Position numbers and translations under genes: made by a program. Shown in pieces: positions 45,606 to 55,673 of a stretch of DNA of 64,000 nucleotides (positions are counted from its first letter, which is position 1; each line of letters begins with the position of its first letter). The notes under the pieces were generated by a model, which was not told the DNA's origin, did no database searches, and saw only the letters and a program-made list of their open reading frames with translations. This DNA is from an uncultured delta proteobacterium. GTDB lineage: Bacteria > Myxococcota_A > Polyangia > Haliangiales > Haliangiaceae. The stretch is from contig CAWKDB010000010.1 of the NCBI GenBank assembly GCA_963848295.1, positions 1,664,001-1,728,000 of the forward strand, read 5' to 3'.

Positions 45606-47423
45606 TCAGTCTCCCATAGCCGCGCCGCCGCCGCGCGGGTCTGCGGTGCCGCTCCAGCCCTGCGGCGTTCGCGCGATCGCGGTCACCGCGCCGAACTCCC
45701 GCGGGGTCGCGCTCCAGGATAGCTTGTAGCCTGCGGCGATCAGTGCCTTCGCATCGGCTTCGCTGACCGATTCCGCCTCGAGCCGGACCTCGTCGGGCAG
45801 ATGTTGGTGATGCAGCCGCGGCGCGGCGACCGCGCGATCGAGCGGCATGCCGAAATCGAGCACGTTCGAGATCGTCTGCCACACCGCCGTGATGATCCGA
45901 GGCCCACCGCCCGCGCCGGCGAGCAGCACGACCGCGCCTTTCGGGTCGAGCACGATCGTCGGCGCCATCGACGACAGCATCCGCTTGCCCGGCTCGATGC
46001 GATTCGCCCTGCCCTGGACGAGGCCGAACACGTTCGGCGTGCCGGGCTTGCTCGCGAAATCGTCCATCTCGTTGTTCAACAGAAAGCCCGAGACCGTGAC
46101 GCCGTTGCCGAATGCGGTGTTGATCGTCGTTGTCAGCGCGACCGCCATCCCTGCGGCATCGACCACGCACAGGTTCGTCGTGTGATCGCCCTCGATCAGC
46201 GGCGCGACCGGTAGCGATGGCGTTGCCCTCGGCCCGATCGTCGCAGCTAGCTTCGCCGCGTACTCCTTCGACAGCATCTTCGCGACCGGCATGTCCTTCA
46301 CGTACGCCGGATCGCCGAGCAACTCGTTGCGAGCCGCGAACGCGCGGCGCCAGACCTCGACCAGCCGGTGCACGTGCTCGAACGAGTGCCAGCGCAGCTT
46401 GGTGATGTCGCCCAACATCTCGGCGGTCATCGCGATCACGACGCCTCCCGACGACGGCGGCGGCATCGCGACGAACGTCGCGTGCGGGTCGGGGTAGCGG
46501 ATCGGTTCGCGCCAGATAGCCTTGTAACCGGCGAGGTCCTTCGCGGTGATCAGGCCCTTGCCCGCGGTCATCTCGGCGACGATCGCCTCGGCGGTCGGAC
46601 CTTGATAGAAACCGTCGGCACCGTGCTGCGCGATCCGCTGAAGGACCGCGGCGAGCTCGGGGTTCTTGACGACCTCGCCGGTCGCGCGCGGTTTGCCACC
46701 CGGCATCCACAGCGCGGCGCTCGCCGGGTTCGCGCCGAGCAACTTCGACAGCCGCACGATCGAGCCGTGGAGCCTTTCGTCGACGGCGAAGCCATCGGTC
46801 GCGTAGGCGATCGCCGGTGCGATCACCTCGCGCCACGGCCGCTTGCCGAGCTTCTGGTGGAGCTCCCACAGGCCCGCGACCGAGCCCGGGACCCCGGACG
46901 CGCGATCGCCGATCAACGAGCCCCTCGTCGGGTTGCCGGAGGCATCGAGGAACATCGTTTCGGTCGCGGCCGCGGGCGCGGTCTCGCGAAAATCGAGCGC
47001 GCGATCGTCGCCCGGCTTGACGTGAATGACCGCGAACCCTCCGCCCGCGAGGTTGCCCGCGCTCGGATGCACGACCGCGAGCGCGAACGCAGTCGCGACC
47101 GCCGCATCGACCGCGTTGCCCCCGCCCGCGAGGATGTCGCGCCCTGCCCGCGTCGCCAGCTCGTTCTCCGACGCGACCATGAACGTCTTGCCGACGCCCG
47201 TGACTCTGGGATCGAGATTCCATCCGCTGTCATCCGTGCGGTACTTCGGCGGCGCGTCCTTGGGAAACTTGGTCGAGATAGCGCTCAAGCCTGAGACTGC
47301 GCTCGTGCCCGAGCCTGAAGCTTTGCTGACCGCGGCCGAACCTTTGCCAGCCGGTTCCGCCGCCCGGTGCGACTTCCCGCACGCCGCCGCGATCAAGACA
47401 CCGAGCGCGATCGATCGAAGCAT
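45606..47423 (-). CDS. ggt: Gamma-glutamyltransferase (lipoprotein)
   Basis: GGNAVDAAVA, DFRETAP, HTTNLCVVD (catalytic Thr), LNNEMDDF, PGKRMLSSMAP. Confidence 0.95.
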   Translation of the reverse strand: MLRSIALGVLIAAACGKSHRAAEPAGKGSAAVSKASGSGTSAVSGLSAISTKFPKDAPPKYRTDDSGWNLDPRVTGVGKTFMVASENELATRAGRDILAGGGNAVDAAVATAFALAVVHPSAGNLAGGGFAVIHVKPGDDRALDFRETAPAAATETMFLDASGNPTRGSLIGDRASGVPGSVAGLWELHQKLGKRPWREVIAPAIAYATDGFAVDERLHGSIVRLSKLLGANPASAALWMPGGKPRATGEVVKNPELAAVLQRIAQHGADGFYQGPTAEAIVAEMTAGKGLITAKDLAGYKAIWREPIRYPDPHATFVAMPPPSSGGVVIAMTAEMLGDITKLRWHSFEHVHRLVEVWRRAFAARNELLGDPAYVKDMPVAKMLSKEYAAKLAATIGPRATPSLPVAPLIEGDHTTNLCVVDAAGMAVALTTTINTAFGNGVTVSGFLLNNEMDDFASKPGTPNVFGLVQGRANRIEPGKRMLSSMAPTIVLDPKGAVVLLAGAGGGPRIITAVWQTISNVLDFGMPLDRAVAAPRLHHQHLPDEVRLEAESVSEADAKALIAAGYKLSWSATPREFGAVTAIARTPQGWSGTADPRGGGAAMGD

Positions 47424-47546
47424 GGCGCATCCTACGACACCGATGTCCCGATCGGCGGGCGTGGCGGCGAAGTCGTGATCGCGGCGGAGCGCGCGCGCGC
47501 CTCTGCAAGTCATCCGTCGCCCTCGACAAAACCGTGATTCGCGAGT

Positions 47547-47562
47547 TGGCACCGCGGTTGCT
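47547..47562 (+). promoter_or_regulatory. Putative sigma54 promoter
   Basis: TGGCACCGCGGTTGCT, a full match to TGGCAC-N5-TTGC(A/T). Confidence 0.75.
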
Positions 47563-47574
47563 GAACAGCCGCGT

Positions 47575-49206
47575 ATGCGTCCACGCTCGATCGCTCTCGT
47601 CCTGTTCGTCACGGCCTGCAGCTCGTCTTCGGAGAGTGGCGGCGGCAATGTCAGCTTCGGCGGCGCCCAAGACATCGGCCAGTTCCAGAGCATTCTCGAC
47701 AGCGGCGGCATCCCCGGGCCCGACACCCTCGACGCGAACGGCTTCTTCAACACGCACTACACCGCACCGCCGCCGGCGGACTGCGGCGAGGTGCTGTGCC
47801 TGGTGCCCGGACTGTCGGTCGGTCACGACTGGCTGACCGGAGCGAAGCAAGCGACGTTGCAGCTCGCGGTCGACACCCCGATCGATCCGTCGACCTACAC
47901 GCGACCGCCGCTCGATCTCGTCGTCGTCATCGATCACTCCGGTTCGATGGCGTCGGACGGCCGACTCGACAAGGTCAAGGCCGGGCTCGATACGCTGGTC
48001 GACAACTTGATCGACGGCGATCGGCTCGCGATCGTGAAGTTCGACGATCAGGTCGAGGTCGTCACGCCGTTCACCGACATGCTCGATCGCGATGCGCTCC
48101 ACGCCGAGGTCGCCGCGCTCGAGCCCGGCGGCGGCACCGACATCTACGACGGCCTGGCGCAGGGCTTCGCGATCGCGCAAGCCTCGGCCGAGGCGACCGA
48201 CACCGCGACTCGCCAACACCGCGTGATCTTCATGTCCGACGGCAACGCGACGTCGGGCGACACGAGCACCGACGACATCTTGCAGATGTCGGACTACGAC
48301 ATCGAGCTCGGCATCCAGCTCACGACGGTCGGCGTCGGGACCGACTTCGACGTCGACTTGATGAAGCGGCTCGCCGAGCACGGCGCCGGCAACTTCTATT
48401 ACCTCGAGAGCACCGACGACGCGACCAACGTGTTCACCGACGAGCTCGCGTACTTCGTCGTGCCGCTCGCAGACAACATCGACATCCGGACCACGGCCGG
48501 CGACGGCTTCGGGCTCGGCGCGGTCACCGGCGCGCCCGCGTGGACCGGCAGCACTCAGGTCGGCGAGATCGCGATCCCGGCGGCGTTCCTGGCGCGCCGC
48601 ACGACCGACTCCGACCCGAACGGCGATCGCCGCGGCGGCGGTAGCATGATCTTCGTCGACGTCACGCCGACCGGCGACAACGCGAGCGGTGTCGTCGCGT
48701 ACACCGCGATGCAGTTCAATGCGCAGGGCGACCTCGACGACAAGATCAGCGAGACCGGCGAGCTCGCATATCCGACGACGAACGACGACCCGTACTTGTC
48801 GTCGTCGGACATGGCGCCCCGGTTCGCGATGTACAACATCTTTCTCGGGCTGCAGGCCGCGACCAACATGGACAGCCCGGACTGCGCCACTGCCGCGTTG
48901 CTCGCGACCCAGACGAACGCGCAGAGCTGGAATGCCACGCACGAAGATCCCGACGTCGCTGCCGACCTCGAGTTGATCTCGGAGTACCTCGGCAACCTCC
49001 AGGCGGCCGGCGCGACCGCGACGACATCGGAGAACCTGGCCGACTGCATCGCGAACAACCCGGAGACAACGGGCAACGGCAGCGGCAGCGACACCTACTA
49101 CGGTGGTGGCTACGATGGCGCGTGCTCGGCCGGGCGCAACGGCGCGGGCACCGGCCTCGTCATCGTGATCGCCGGCTTGCTCGTATCGCGCCGCCGTCGC
49201 CGGTGA
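47575..49206 (+). CDS. VWA-domain lipoprotein with MYXO-CTERM-like tail
   Basis: Lipobox VTAC; MIDAS DHSGSM, GGGT, SDG; C-terminal GACSAG, hydrophobic stretch, RRRR. Confidence 0.85.
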   Translation: MRPRSIALVLFVTACSSSSESGGGNVSFGGAQDIGQFQSILDSGGIPGPDTLDANGFFNTHYTAPPPADCGEVLCLVPGLSVGHDWLTGAKQATLQLAVDTPIDPSTYTRPPLDLVVVIDHSGSMASDGRLDKVKAGLDTLVDNLIDGDRLAIVKFDDQVEVVTPFTDMLDRDALHAEVAALEPGGGTDIYDGLAQGFAIAQASAEATDTATRQHRVIFMSDGNATSGDTSTDDILQMSDYDIELGIQLTTVGVGTDFDVDLMKRLAEHGAGNFYYLESTDDATNVFTDELAYFVVPLADNIDIRTTAGDGFGLGAVTGAPAWTGSTQVGEIAIPAAFLARRTTDSDPNGDRRGGGSMIFVDVTPTGDNASGVVAYTAMQFNAQGDLDDKISETGELAYPTTNDDPYLSSSDMAPRFAMYNIFLGLQAATNMDSPDCATAALLATQTNAQSWNATHEDPDVAADLELISEYLGNLQAAGATATTSENLADCIANNPETTGNGSGSDTYYGGGYDGACSAGRNGAGTGLVIVIAGLLVSRRRRR

Positions 49207-49221
49207 TGCTATATCAACGGG

Positions 49222-50541
49222 ATGTTCGATCCCGCCGTGTTCGCGGCGCGCCGCGACGCGTTCATGCAGGCGATCGGCCCAGCGGCGGTCGCGGTCGTGC
49301 GTTCGCTGCCGGAGCGATTGCGCAACGGAGATGCCTACTACCCGTTTCGCCAGCAGTCCGACGTGTTCTACCTGACGGGCTTCGTCGAGCCCGAGACCAC
49401 GCTCGTGTTGCGCCCTGGCGCCGAGACCGAGCGGTTCGTGATGTTCGTGCGACCGCGCGATCCGGAGATGGAGACGTGGGATGGCCGGCGCGCTGGCCTG
49501 GAAGGCGCGAAGGCGGAGTTCGGCGCCGACGAGGCCTATCCCGCGGTCGAGCTCGCCGGCCGCCTCGGCGACCTCGTGGCGAACTGCGACGAGCTGCACT
49601 ACGGGCTCGGGTTCGACGAAGACGCCGATCGCATGATCGCGCGGACGATCGCGGCGCTGCGCAAGACCGAGAAGCGCGGCAAGCGCCCACCCCGCGCCGT
49701 CATCGATCCTCGCGTCGCCTTGCACGAGCTGCGGCTGCGCAAACATCCCGACGAGCTCCGCGCGCTGCGCAAGGCCGCCGAGATCACTGCCGACGCGCAT
49801 CTCGCCGCGATGCGCTCGGGCAAACCCGGCGTGTTCGAGCACGAGCTCGAGGCGCTGATCAACTACACGTTCCGCAAGTCCGGTGGCGCCGGCCCGGGCT
49901 ACACGTCGATCGTCGGCGCCGGCGACAACGCGACGATCCTGCACTACGTCGAGAATCGTTGCGCGATCGCGACCGGCGACCTCGTGCTCGTCGATGCCGG
50001 CTGCGAGTACGAGCATTACACCGCCGATGTCACGCGTACGTGGCCGGCGACCGGCACGTTCTCCCCGGCGCAACGCAAGGTCTACGAGCTCGTGCTCGGG
50101 GTTCAGATGTCGGCGATCGAGATGGTGAAGCCCGGCGTGACGATCGATGACATCCACGCGTACTGCGTCCGCGAGCTGACCGCCGGCATGATCGAGCTCG
50201 GCCTGCTGACCGGCAGCGTCGACGATCGCGTCGCCGATCAGTCGTATCGCCGCTACTACATGCACGGCACGTCGCACTGGCTCGGCCTCGATGTCCACGA
50301 CGCCGGCGCCTACATGAAATCCGGCAAGGCTCGCCCGCTCGAGCCCGGGATGGTCATCACGATCGAGCCCGGGCTCTACGTCGCGAACGACGCGCCCGAG
50401 ACTCACGGCGCTCCCGCCGAGCTGCGCGGCATCGGCGTACGGATCGAGGACGATGTCGTCGTGACCGAGACCGGCCACGACGTGTTGACCCGCGCGTGCC
50501 CGAAGTCAATCGCGGACATCGAGGCAGCGTGCCGAAGCTAA
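49222..50541 (+). CDS. pepP: Xaa-Pro aminopeptidase
   Basis: YPFRQQSDVFYLTG, LHY, DAGCE, DVTRT, HWLGLDVHD, TIEPGLY, GVRIEDD. Confidence 0.95.
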   Translation: MFDPAVFAARRDAFMQAIGPAAVAVVRSLPERLRNGDAYYPFRQQSDVFYLTGFVEPETTLVLRPGAETERFVMFVRPRDPEMETWDGRRAGLEGAKAEFGADEAYPAVELAGRLGDLVANCDELHYGLGFDEDADRMIARTIAALRKTEKRGKRPPRAVIDPRVALHELRLRKHPDELRALRKAAEITADAHLAAMRSGKPGVFEHELEALINYTFRKSGGAGPGYTSIVGAGDNATILHYVENRCAIATGDLVLVDAGCEYEHYTADVTRTWPATGTFSPAQRKVYELVLGVQMSAIEMVKPGVTIDDIHAYCVRELTAGMIELGLLTGSVDDRVADQSYRRYYMHGTSHWLGLDVHDAGAYMKSGKARPLEPGMVITIEPGLYVANDAPETHGAPAELRGIGVRIEDDVVVTETGHDVLTRACPKSIADIEAACRS

Positions 50542-50849
50542 GCGGCAAACAGCGGCGATACCTGCGAGCACTCGCGCACGAGCTGCATCCGCTCGTCCAC
50601 ATCGGCAAGAGCGGGATCGACGACGGGCTCGTCGCCGCGGTCGATCGCGCGCTGCTCGACCACGAGCTGATCAAGGTCAAGCTCGGCGACGCCGCCGGGC
50701 TCGACCGTCACGATGCCGCCGACTCGCTCGCGGTCCGCACGCACAGTGACGTCGCGCAGGTGCTCGGCAACATCGTCATTCTGTACCGACCTCACCCCGA
50801 TGAAGCGAAGATCAAGCTGCCGGGACCAGGGATCTCTCCCGAGGATTGA
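50529..50849 (+). CDS. yhbY: CRM-domain RNA-binding protein YhbY
   Basis: LSGKQRRYLRALAHELHPLVHIGKSG, HELIKVK, QVLGNIVILYRP. Confidence 0.93.
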   Translation: MPKLSGKQRRYLRALAHELHPLVHIGKSGIDDGLVAAVDRALLDHELIKVKLGDAAGLDRHDAADSLAVRTHSDVAQVLGNIVILYRPHPDEAKIKLPGPGISPED

Positions 50850-50854
50850 CCGCC

Positions 50855-50887
50855 GCGTCGCCTGGCCGTCACGCCGCCGTCATTTGA
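50855..50887 (+). promoter_or_regulatory. Pho-box-like array upstream of the porin
   Basis: GTCGC, GTCAC and GTCAT at 50857, 50868 and 50879 (11-bp period). Confidence 0.7.
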
Positions 50888-50908
50888 CGCGGCAAATGTC
50901 CGTGGCGC

Positions 50909-52426
50909 ATGTCGACCTTTCGATTCACCACCCTCGCGACTCTCCTCTTTGCCGCCGCGCCTGCGTTCGCGCAGCCGAGCGACACGCCGCCTCCGACGCC
51001 CACGCCGCCGGAGACGACCGTGCCGCCGACGCCGCCGACCCCGCCGGCGCCACCGCCGACACCACCGACACCGCCGCCGCCCGAGAACGTCGCGCCGCCG
51101 GAACCGCCGGTGACGCCGCCGACCCCGCCCGCGGCACACCCGACCTACACCGTCGCGAGCAAGTGGGAGGCGTCGCTCTACGGGTTCGTCGAGTTCGACA
51201 TGATCAAGGACACCACGCAAGGCTTGATCGATCTCGCCGCCAACTCGGCGATCGCGCGGCCGAGCACCTACGCCGGCGATCACGGCCAGGTGATGATCGG
51301 TGCGCGCAACTCGCGCATCGGGTTCAAGCTCGGCGCCCCGACGTACGACGGCATCAAGGCCACCGCGCAGCTCGAGATGGACTTCCTCGGGAACCAGCCA
51401 GGCAAGCCATTCGATGCGAGCGGTCTCGTTTCGGAATCGGCGTTCTGGCAGAACCCCGGGTTTCGCATCCGCCACATGAACGTGAAGCTCGAGATGCCGA
51501 TGGACACCTACTTGCTCGCCGGTCAGTACTGGCAGTTATTCGGTTGGCAGTCGGCATTCCACCCGAGCTCGGTCGCGATTCAGGGTCTGCCCGGCCAGGT
51601 CTACTCGCGCGCTCCGCAGCTCCGCGCCGGCAAGATCTTCAAGTCCGATGCGGTCAACGTCGATGTCGCGGTCGCCGCGCTGCGCCCACCCGACCGCGCG
51701 TCGAGCACGCCGGATGGCCAGGCCGGCGTCAAGCTGAGCATCAACCACTGGAAGGCTTGGCACACCGGCGGCTCGGCGGGCAGCGGGCTCGACGCCGCCG
51801 CGATCGGCGTGTCGGTCGACGGCCGGCGGTTCGCGGCCGATACGTTCTCGTCCGCGCCGAACAAGCAGGTCACGCGCAACGGCTACGGTATCTCGCTCGA
51901 TGCGCTGATCCCGGTCGTGGCCGCGACGAAAGAGAGCAAGGCCAACGCGCTGACCCTGACCGCGAGCTTCGTCACCGGCGCCGGCATCGCGGATCAGTAC
52001 ACGAGCCTCAACGGCGGCGTATCGAACCCGGCGTTGCCGAACCCGACGATGGCTACCCCCGCTCCGACCTACACGCCGAACATCGACTCGGGACTCGCGA
52101 TGTTCTACGCGAACGGCGATGGCACGTACTCCCTGCACCCGATCCAGTGGACCTCGGAGATCGTCGGCCTGCAGTACTACTTGCCGCCTTCTGGCCGGCT
52201 GTTCCTCAGCGTCAACTACTCGCACCTGTCGTCGGGCAACGTCGACGATTTCGGACCGCATAACAAGACGTTCAACGCGTCCCAGTTCGCAGATCTCAAC
52301 GTGTTCTTCGACCTGACGCCGGCGGTCCGGTTCGGGCTGGAAGGCTCTTACCTCGACCAGACTTACACCGACGGGACCGATGCCCCGGACTACCGGGCGC
52401 AATTCTCCGCGTTCTTCATCTTCTGA
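50909..52426 (+). CDS. Outer-membrane porin, DcaP-like, with Pro-rich N-terminal linker
   Basis: Signal peptide; LYGFVEFD, ARNSRIGFKL, QLEMDF, LLAGQYW; C-terminal Phe. Confidence 0.8.
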   Translation: MSTFRFTTLATLLFAAAPAFAQPSDTPPPTPTPPETTVPPTPPTPPAPPPTPPTPPPPENVAPPEPPVTPPTPPAAHPTYTVASKWEASLYGFVEFDMIKDTTQGLIDLAANSAIARPSTYAGDHGQVMIGARNSRIGFKLGAPTYDGIKATAQLEMDFLGNQPGKPFDASGLVSESAFWQNPGFRIRHMNVKLEMPMDTYLLAGQYWQLFGWQSAFHPSSVAIQGLPGQVYSRAPQLRAGKIFKSDAVNVDVAVAALRPPDRASSTPDGQAGVKLSINHWKAWHTGGSAGSGLDAAAIGVSVDGRRFAADTFSSAPNKQVTRNGYGISLDALIPVVAATKESKANALTLTASFVTGAGIADQYTSLNGGVSNPALPNPTMATPAPTYTPNIDSGLAMFYANGDGTYSLHPIQWTSEIVGLQYYLPPSGRLFLSVNYSHLSSGNVDDFGPHNKTFNASQFADLNVFFDLTPAVRFGLEGSYLDQTYTDGTDAPDYRAQFSAFFIF

Positions 52427-52434
52427 CCACCGAG

Positions 52435-52454
52435 CCGTCACACCAACGTCACCG
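52435..52454 (+). promoter_or_regulatory. Pho-box-like direct repeat upstream of phoB
   Basis: GTCAC at 52437 and 52448. Confidence 0.7.
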
Positions 52455-52475
52455 ACGGCATGCTAAGGGTTGGCC

Positions 52476-53174
52476 ATGCTCGTACTGGTAATCGAGGACG
52501 AGACCGACCTGGCCACGACGATCGAGTACAACCTCCGATCGGAAGGCTTCCAAGTCCGGCTCGCGCATAGCGGGCGCCAGGGCCTGGCGAGTGCAACGTC
52601 GGATCCATTGCCCGATGTGATCGTGCTGGATCTGATGTTGCCCGACCTGTCCGGCACCGAGCTGTGCCGGCGGTTGCGCGAGCAAGAGCGCACGCGCGAC
52701 ATCCCGGTCGTGATGTGCACCGCGAAAGGCGAAGAGATCGATCGCGTCGTCGGCTTCGAAGTCGGAGCCGACGATTACATCGTCAAGCCATTCTCGGTGC
52801 GCGAGCTGATCCTGCGGATTCGCGCGCTGCTCCGCCGCGTTCATCGCGTCGAAGGCGAGCCGTCGTTGATCCGGTTCGGCCGGCTCAAGATCGATCGCGA
52901 CGCGCACCGCGCGTGGGTCGACGAAGCCGAGATCGGGCTGACCGCGCTCGAGTTCCGGTTGCTCCACGCGTTCCTGTCGCGGCGCGGCCGAGTCCAGACC
53001 CGGGATGCGCTGCTGTCCGACGTCTGGGGCATCGATGCCGATGTCACGACTCGCACGGTCGACACCCACGTCAAGCGGCTGCGCGAGAAGCTCGGCGACG
53101 CCGGAGACTACATCGAGACGCTGCGCGGCGTCGGTTACCGGTTCAAGGACCAGCCCGACGAGGCGACCGCGTGA
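52476..53174 (+). CDS. phoB: Phosphate regulon response regulator (OmpR family)
   Basis: LDLMLP, GADDYIVKPF, RTVDTHVKRLREKL, TLRGVGY; adjacent to phoU and pst. Confidence 0.88.
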   Translation: MLVLVIEDETDLATTIEYNLRSEGFQVRLAHSGRQGLASATSDPLPDVIVLDLMLPDLSGTELCRRLREQERTRDIPVVMCTAKGEEIDRVVGFEVGADDYIVKPFSVRELILRIRALLRRVHRVEGEPSLIRFGRLKIDRDAHRAWVDEAEIGLTALEFRLLHAFLSRRGRVQTRDALLSDVWGIDADVTTRTVDTHVKRLREKLGDAGDYIETLRGVGYRFKDQPDEATA

Positions 53175-54415
53175 TCGTCCTCGCGATCGGCTTGGCGCTC
53201 GCGCTCGTGGGCGCGATCGTCGCGATCGCGGTGCAACGGCGAGCGCTGCAACGATTCTCGGACGCGACGCGCGATGCGGTGCGGGATCCGAGCAAGCGCG
53301 TACCGACTGCGTCGACCGCCGGCCCTCTGCGCTCGCTCGGCGAATGGATCAATGCGCTCGCGGAAGATGCCGAGCGCAGCCGCAACGCGCTCGCGCACGA
53401 GCGGACGCTGCTCGCCTCGCTCGCCGACGGCTTGACCCAGGGCGTGATCGCGCTCGACGGCGATCAGCGGATCGAGATGCTCAACGAAGCCGCGCGCCGG
53501 ATGCTCGGCGTCACGAGCTCGCTCGTCGGCGAGCCGTTGCTCGAGTTCGTGCGCGTGCCCGAGCTGCGCACGCTGATCGAGCACCCTGCCGATTCGAGCG
53601 CCGAGGTCCAGCTGCCGAACGGACCGCGCACGCTCGTCCGCGCCGCGCGCACCTGGGGCCGCGCCGGTCGCGTCTTGCTGCTCGAAGACGTCACGACCAT
53701 GCGCCGGCTCGAGACCGTGCGGCGCGACTTCGTGGCGAACGTCTCGCACGAGCTGCGCACGCCGGTCGCGGTGATTCGCGCGAATGCCGAGACGCTGCTC
53801 GCCGGAGCGAAGGACGATCCGGTGATCGCGAACAAGCTGATCGACGGCTTGCATCGCAACGCCGAGCGGCTCGCCCGCATCCTCGCGGACCTGCTCGATC
53901 TGTCGCGGCTCGACGCCGGCCAGTATCGCCTCGAGGTCGGGACCGTGCCGGTGCTGGTCGTGACCGAGCAGTCGCTGACCGCGGTCGAGCCGCAAGCCCA
54001 GAAGCGGGGCGTCACCGTCGAGGTCGCGATCCCGGAGCAGCTGGTGGTCCGCGCCGACCCGAAGGCGCTCGACCAGATCCTCGTCAACCTGATCGACAAC
54101 GGCGTGAAGTACACGCGCGCCGAAGGCCACGTCTGGGTCGAAGCCCGCGCCGTCGGCGACTCGGTGCGGATCGAAGTCCGCGACGACGGCCCCGGCATCG
54201 CCGACAAGCATCGAGAGCGGGTGTTCGAGCGGTTCTATCGCGCCGACCCTTCGCGATCGCGCGAAGCCGGTGGCACCGGCCTCGGCTTGTCGATCGTCAA
54301 GCACCTCGTCGAGAGCATGGGCGGCGAAGTCGGCGTCGAAGCCAACGCGCCGCGCGGTAGCATCTTCTGGCTCCGTCTCCCGAAGGCCTCACCTCAAACC
54401 CTCATGGCATCATGA
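53171..54415 (+). CDS. phoR: Phosphate regulon sensor kinase
   Basis: TM, PAS, RRDFVANVSHELRTP, ERFYRAD.SRSR..GGTGLGLSIVKH. Confidence 0.9.
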   Translation: MIVLAIGLALALVGAIVAIAVQRRALQRFSDATRDAVRDPSKRVPTASTAGPLRSLGEWINALAEDAERSRNALAHERTLLASLADGLTQGVIALDGDQRIEMLNEAARRMLGVTSSLVGEPLLEFVRVPELRTLIEHPADSSAEVQLPNGPRTLVRAARTWGRAGRVLLLEDVTTMRRLETVRRDFVANVSHELRTPVAVIRANAETLLAGAKDDPVIANKLIDGLHRNAERLARILADLLDLSRLDAGQYRLEVGTVPVLVVTEQSLTAVEPQAQKRGVTVEVAIPEQLVVRADPKALDQILVNLIDNGVKYTRAEGHVWVEARAVGDSVRIEVRDDGPGIADKHRERVFERFYRADPSRSREAGGTGLGLSIVKHLVESMGGEVGVEANAPRGSIFWLRLPKASPQTLMAS

Positions 54416-55101
54416 TGACCACGCACACGAGCAAGGATTTCGAGCAAGAGCTGCGCACGTTGCGCGAGCGGCTCGCGGGCATGGGCGGCAAGTGCGAGCA
54501 TCAGATCGTCGCCGCGATGGAAGCGTTGACCGAGCGCAACGACGATCTCGCGAAGAAGGTCGTCGACGGCGATATGGCGATCGACCGCGACGAAAACGAG
54601 ATCGACGAGCTCGCGCTACAGATCCTGGCGACGCGCCAACCCGTCGCGAGCGACCTCCGGTTCATCACGATGGCGCTCAAGTTCGTCACCGACCTCGAGC
54701 GGATCGGTGATCTCGCGGCCGGCATCGCGAAGCGCGCGCTCGAGCTCAATCGTTTGCCGGTGCTGACCCCACACGGCGATCTGACCTCGCTCGCCAGCCT
54801 CGTCCAGAAGAACCTGCGCGCCGCGCTCGACAGCTTCGTCGCCCGCGACGCCGACCGCGCCACCGCGGTGATGACCGCCGACCTCGAAGTCGACCGGCTC
54901 AACGCGAGCCTGTTCGCCGAGCTCCTCGCGCACGTCGCGACTGATCCGGCGTCGGTCACGCGCGTGCTGCCGTTGACCTCGGTGTGCCGCTACCTCGAGC
55001 GCATCGGCGACCACGTCAAGAACATCTGCGAAGAGGTCGTCTACATGGTGCGCGCCCAAGACGTGCGCCATCGGCCGCCGCAGATTCCGTCGGCGAACTG
55101 A
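54412..55101 (+). CDS. phoU: Phosphate signalling protein PhoU
   Basis: QPVASDLR, DLERIGD, LERIGDH.KNICE. Confidence 0.95.
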   Translation: MMTTHTSKDFEQELRTLRERLAGMGGKCEHQIVAAMEALTERNDDLAKKVVDGDMAIDRDENEIDELALQILATRQPVASDLRFITMALKFVTDLERIGDLAAGIAKRALELNRLPVLTPHGDLTSLASLVQKNLRAALDSFVARDADRATAVMTADLEVDRLNASLFAELLAHVATDPASVTRVLPLTSVCRYLERIGDHVKNICEEVVYMVRAQDVRHRPPQIPSAN

Positions 55102-55114
55102 CGCGGTTCGAGCG

Positions 55115-55435
55115 CTACGGCTTCGGCGGCGCCAGGATCGCGAGCCGCGCGTCGCACCACGCGCTCCAGTCGTTCGAGATCGACTCCTGCTTCGCCCGGT
55201 CGGAGCAGACCTGGTACTTGTCGCTCGCCGACTTGAACAGTGGCTCGGCCTGTTCGGTCAACGCGTCGCAGTACGCCTTGGAGGTGTCGGCCGGATCGGA
55301 CTTGTCCGGTCTCGCGGCGAGCTTGACCGCGAACGGCGCCGCATCGGCACTACAGTGCGTCGGCTTCGCATCGGCGTGCGCGACAGCGACGAGAGGACCG
55401 AGGACGAGGACGAGGACAGCGATTAGAGCTTCCAT
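55115..55435 (-). CDS. Small secreted hypothetical protein
   Basis: Signal peptide; shares a Cys/Trp motif with 56167-56847. Confidence 0.65.
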   Translation of the reverse strand: MEALIAVLVLVLGPLVAVAHADAKPTHCSADAAPFAVKLAARPDKSDPADTSKAYCDALTEQAEPLFKSASDKYQVCSDRAKQESISNDWSAWCDARLAILAPPKP

Positions 55436-55673
55436 GGGGCTATGGACACTCATCGCACGACCGCGTTGCTACCATCGCGCGATGCGATGGCTGATCTCGT
55501 GCACGTTGGTCGGTTGTGGCACCTCGGCGGACAGCCCCCCGGGAAGGGCAGCGACGACCCCAAGCCGGCGCCCGATTCCGCGAGACGCGGTGCAGGGGAC
55601 CAGGCTCGCCGCGACGCTGATGGACAAGAAAGCGGCGATCCGCCTGGGCTCAGCGCGCACCCGAAGCGGTGAG

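Noticed and set aside
47230..50478. 1082-aa minus-strand ORF
   Set aside because: Antisense to the VWA gene and pepP, which carry clear motifs.
50980..51130. CCG-rich low-complexity tract
   Set aside because: Encodes the Pro/Thr linker of the porin.
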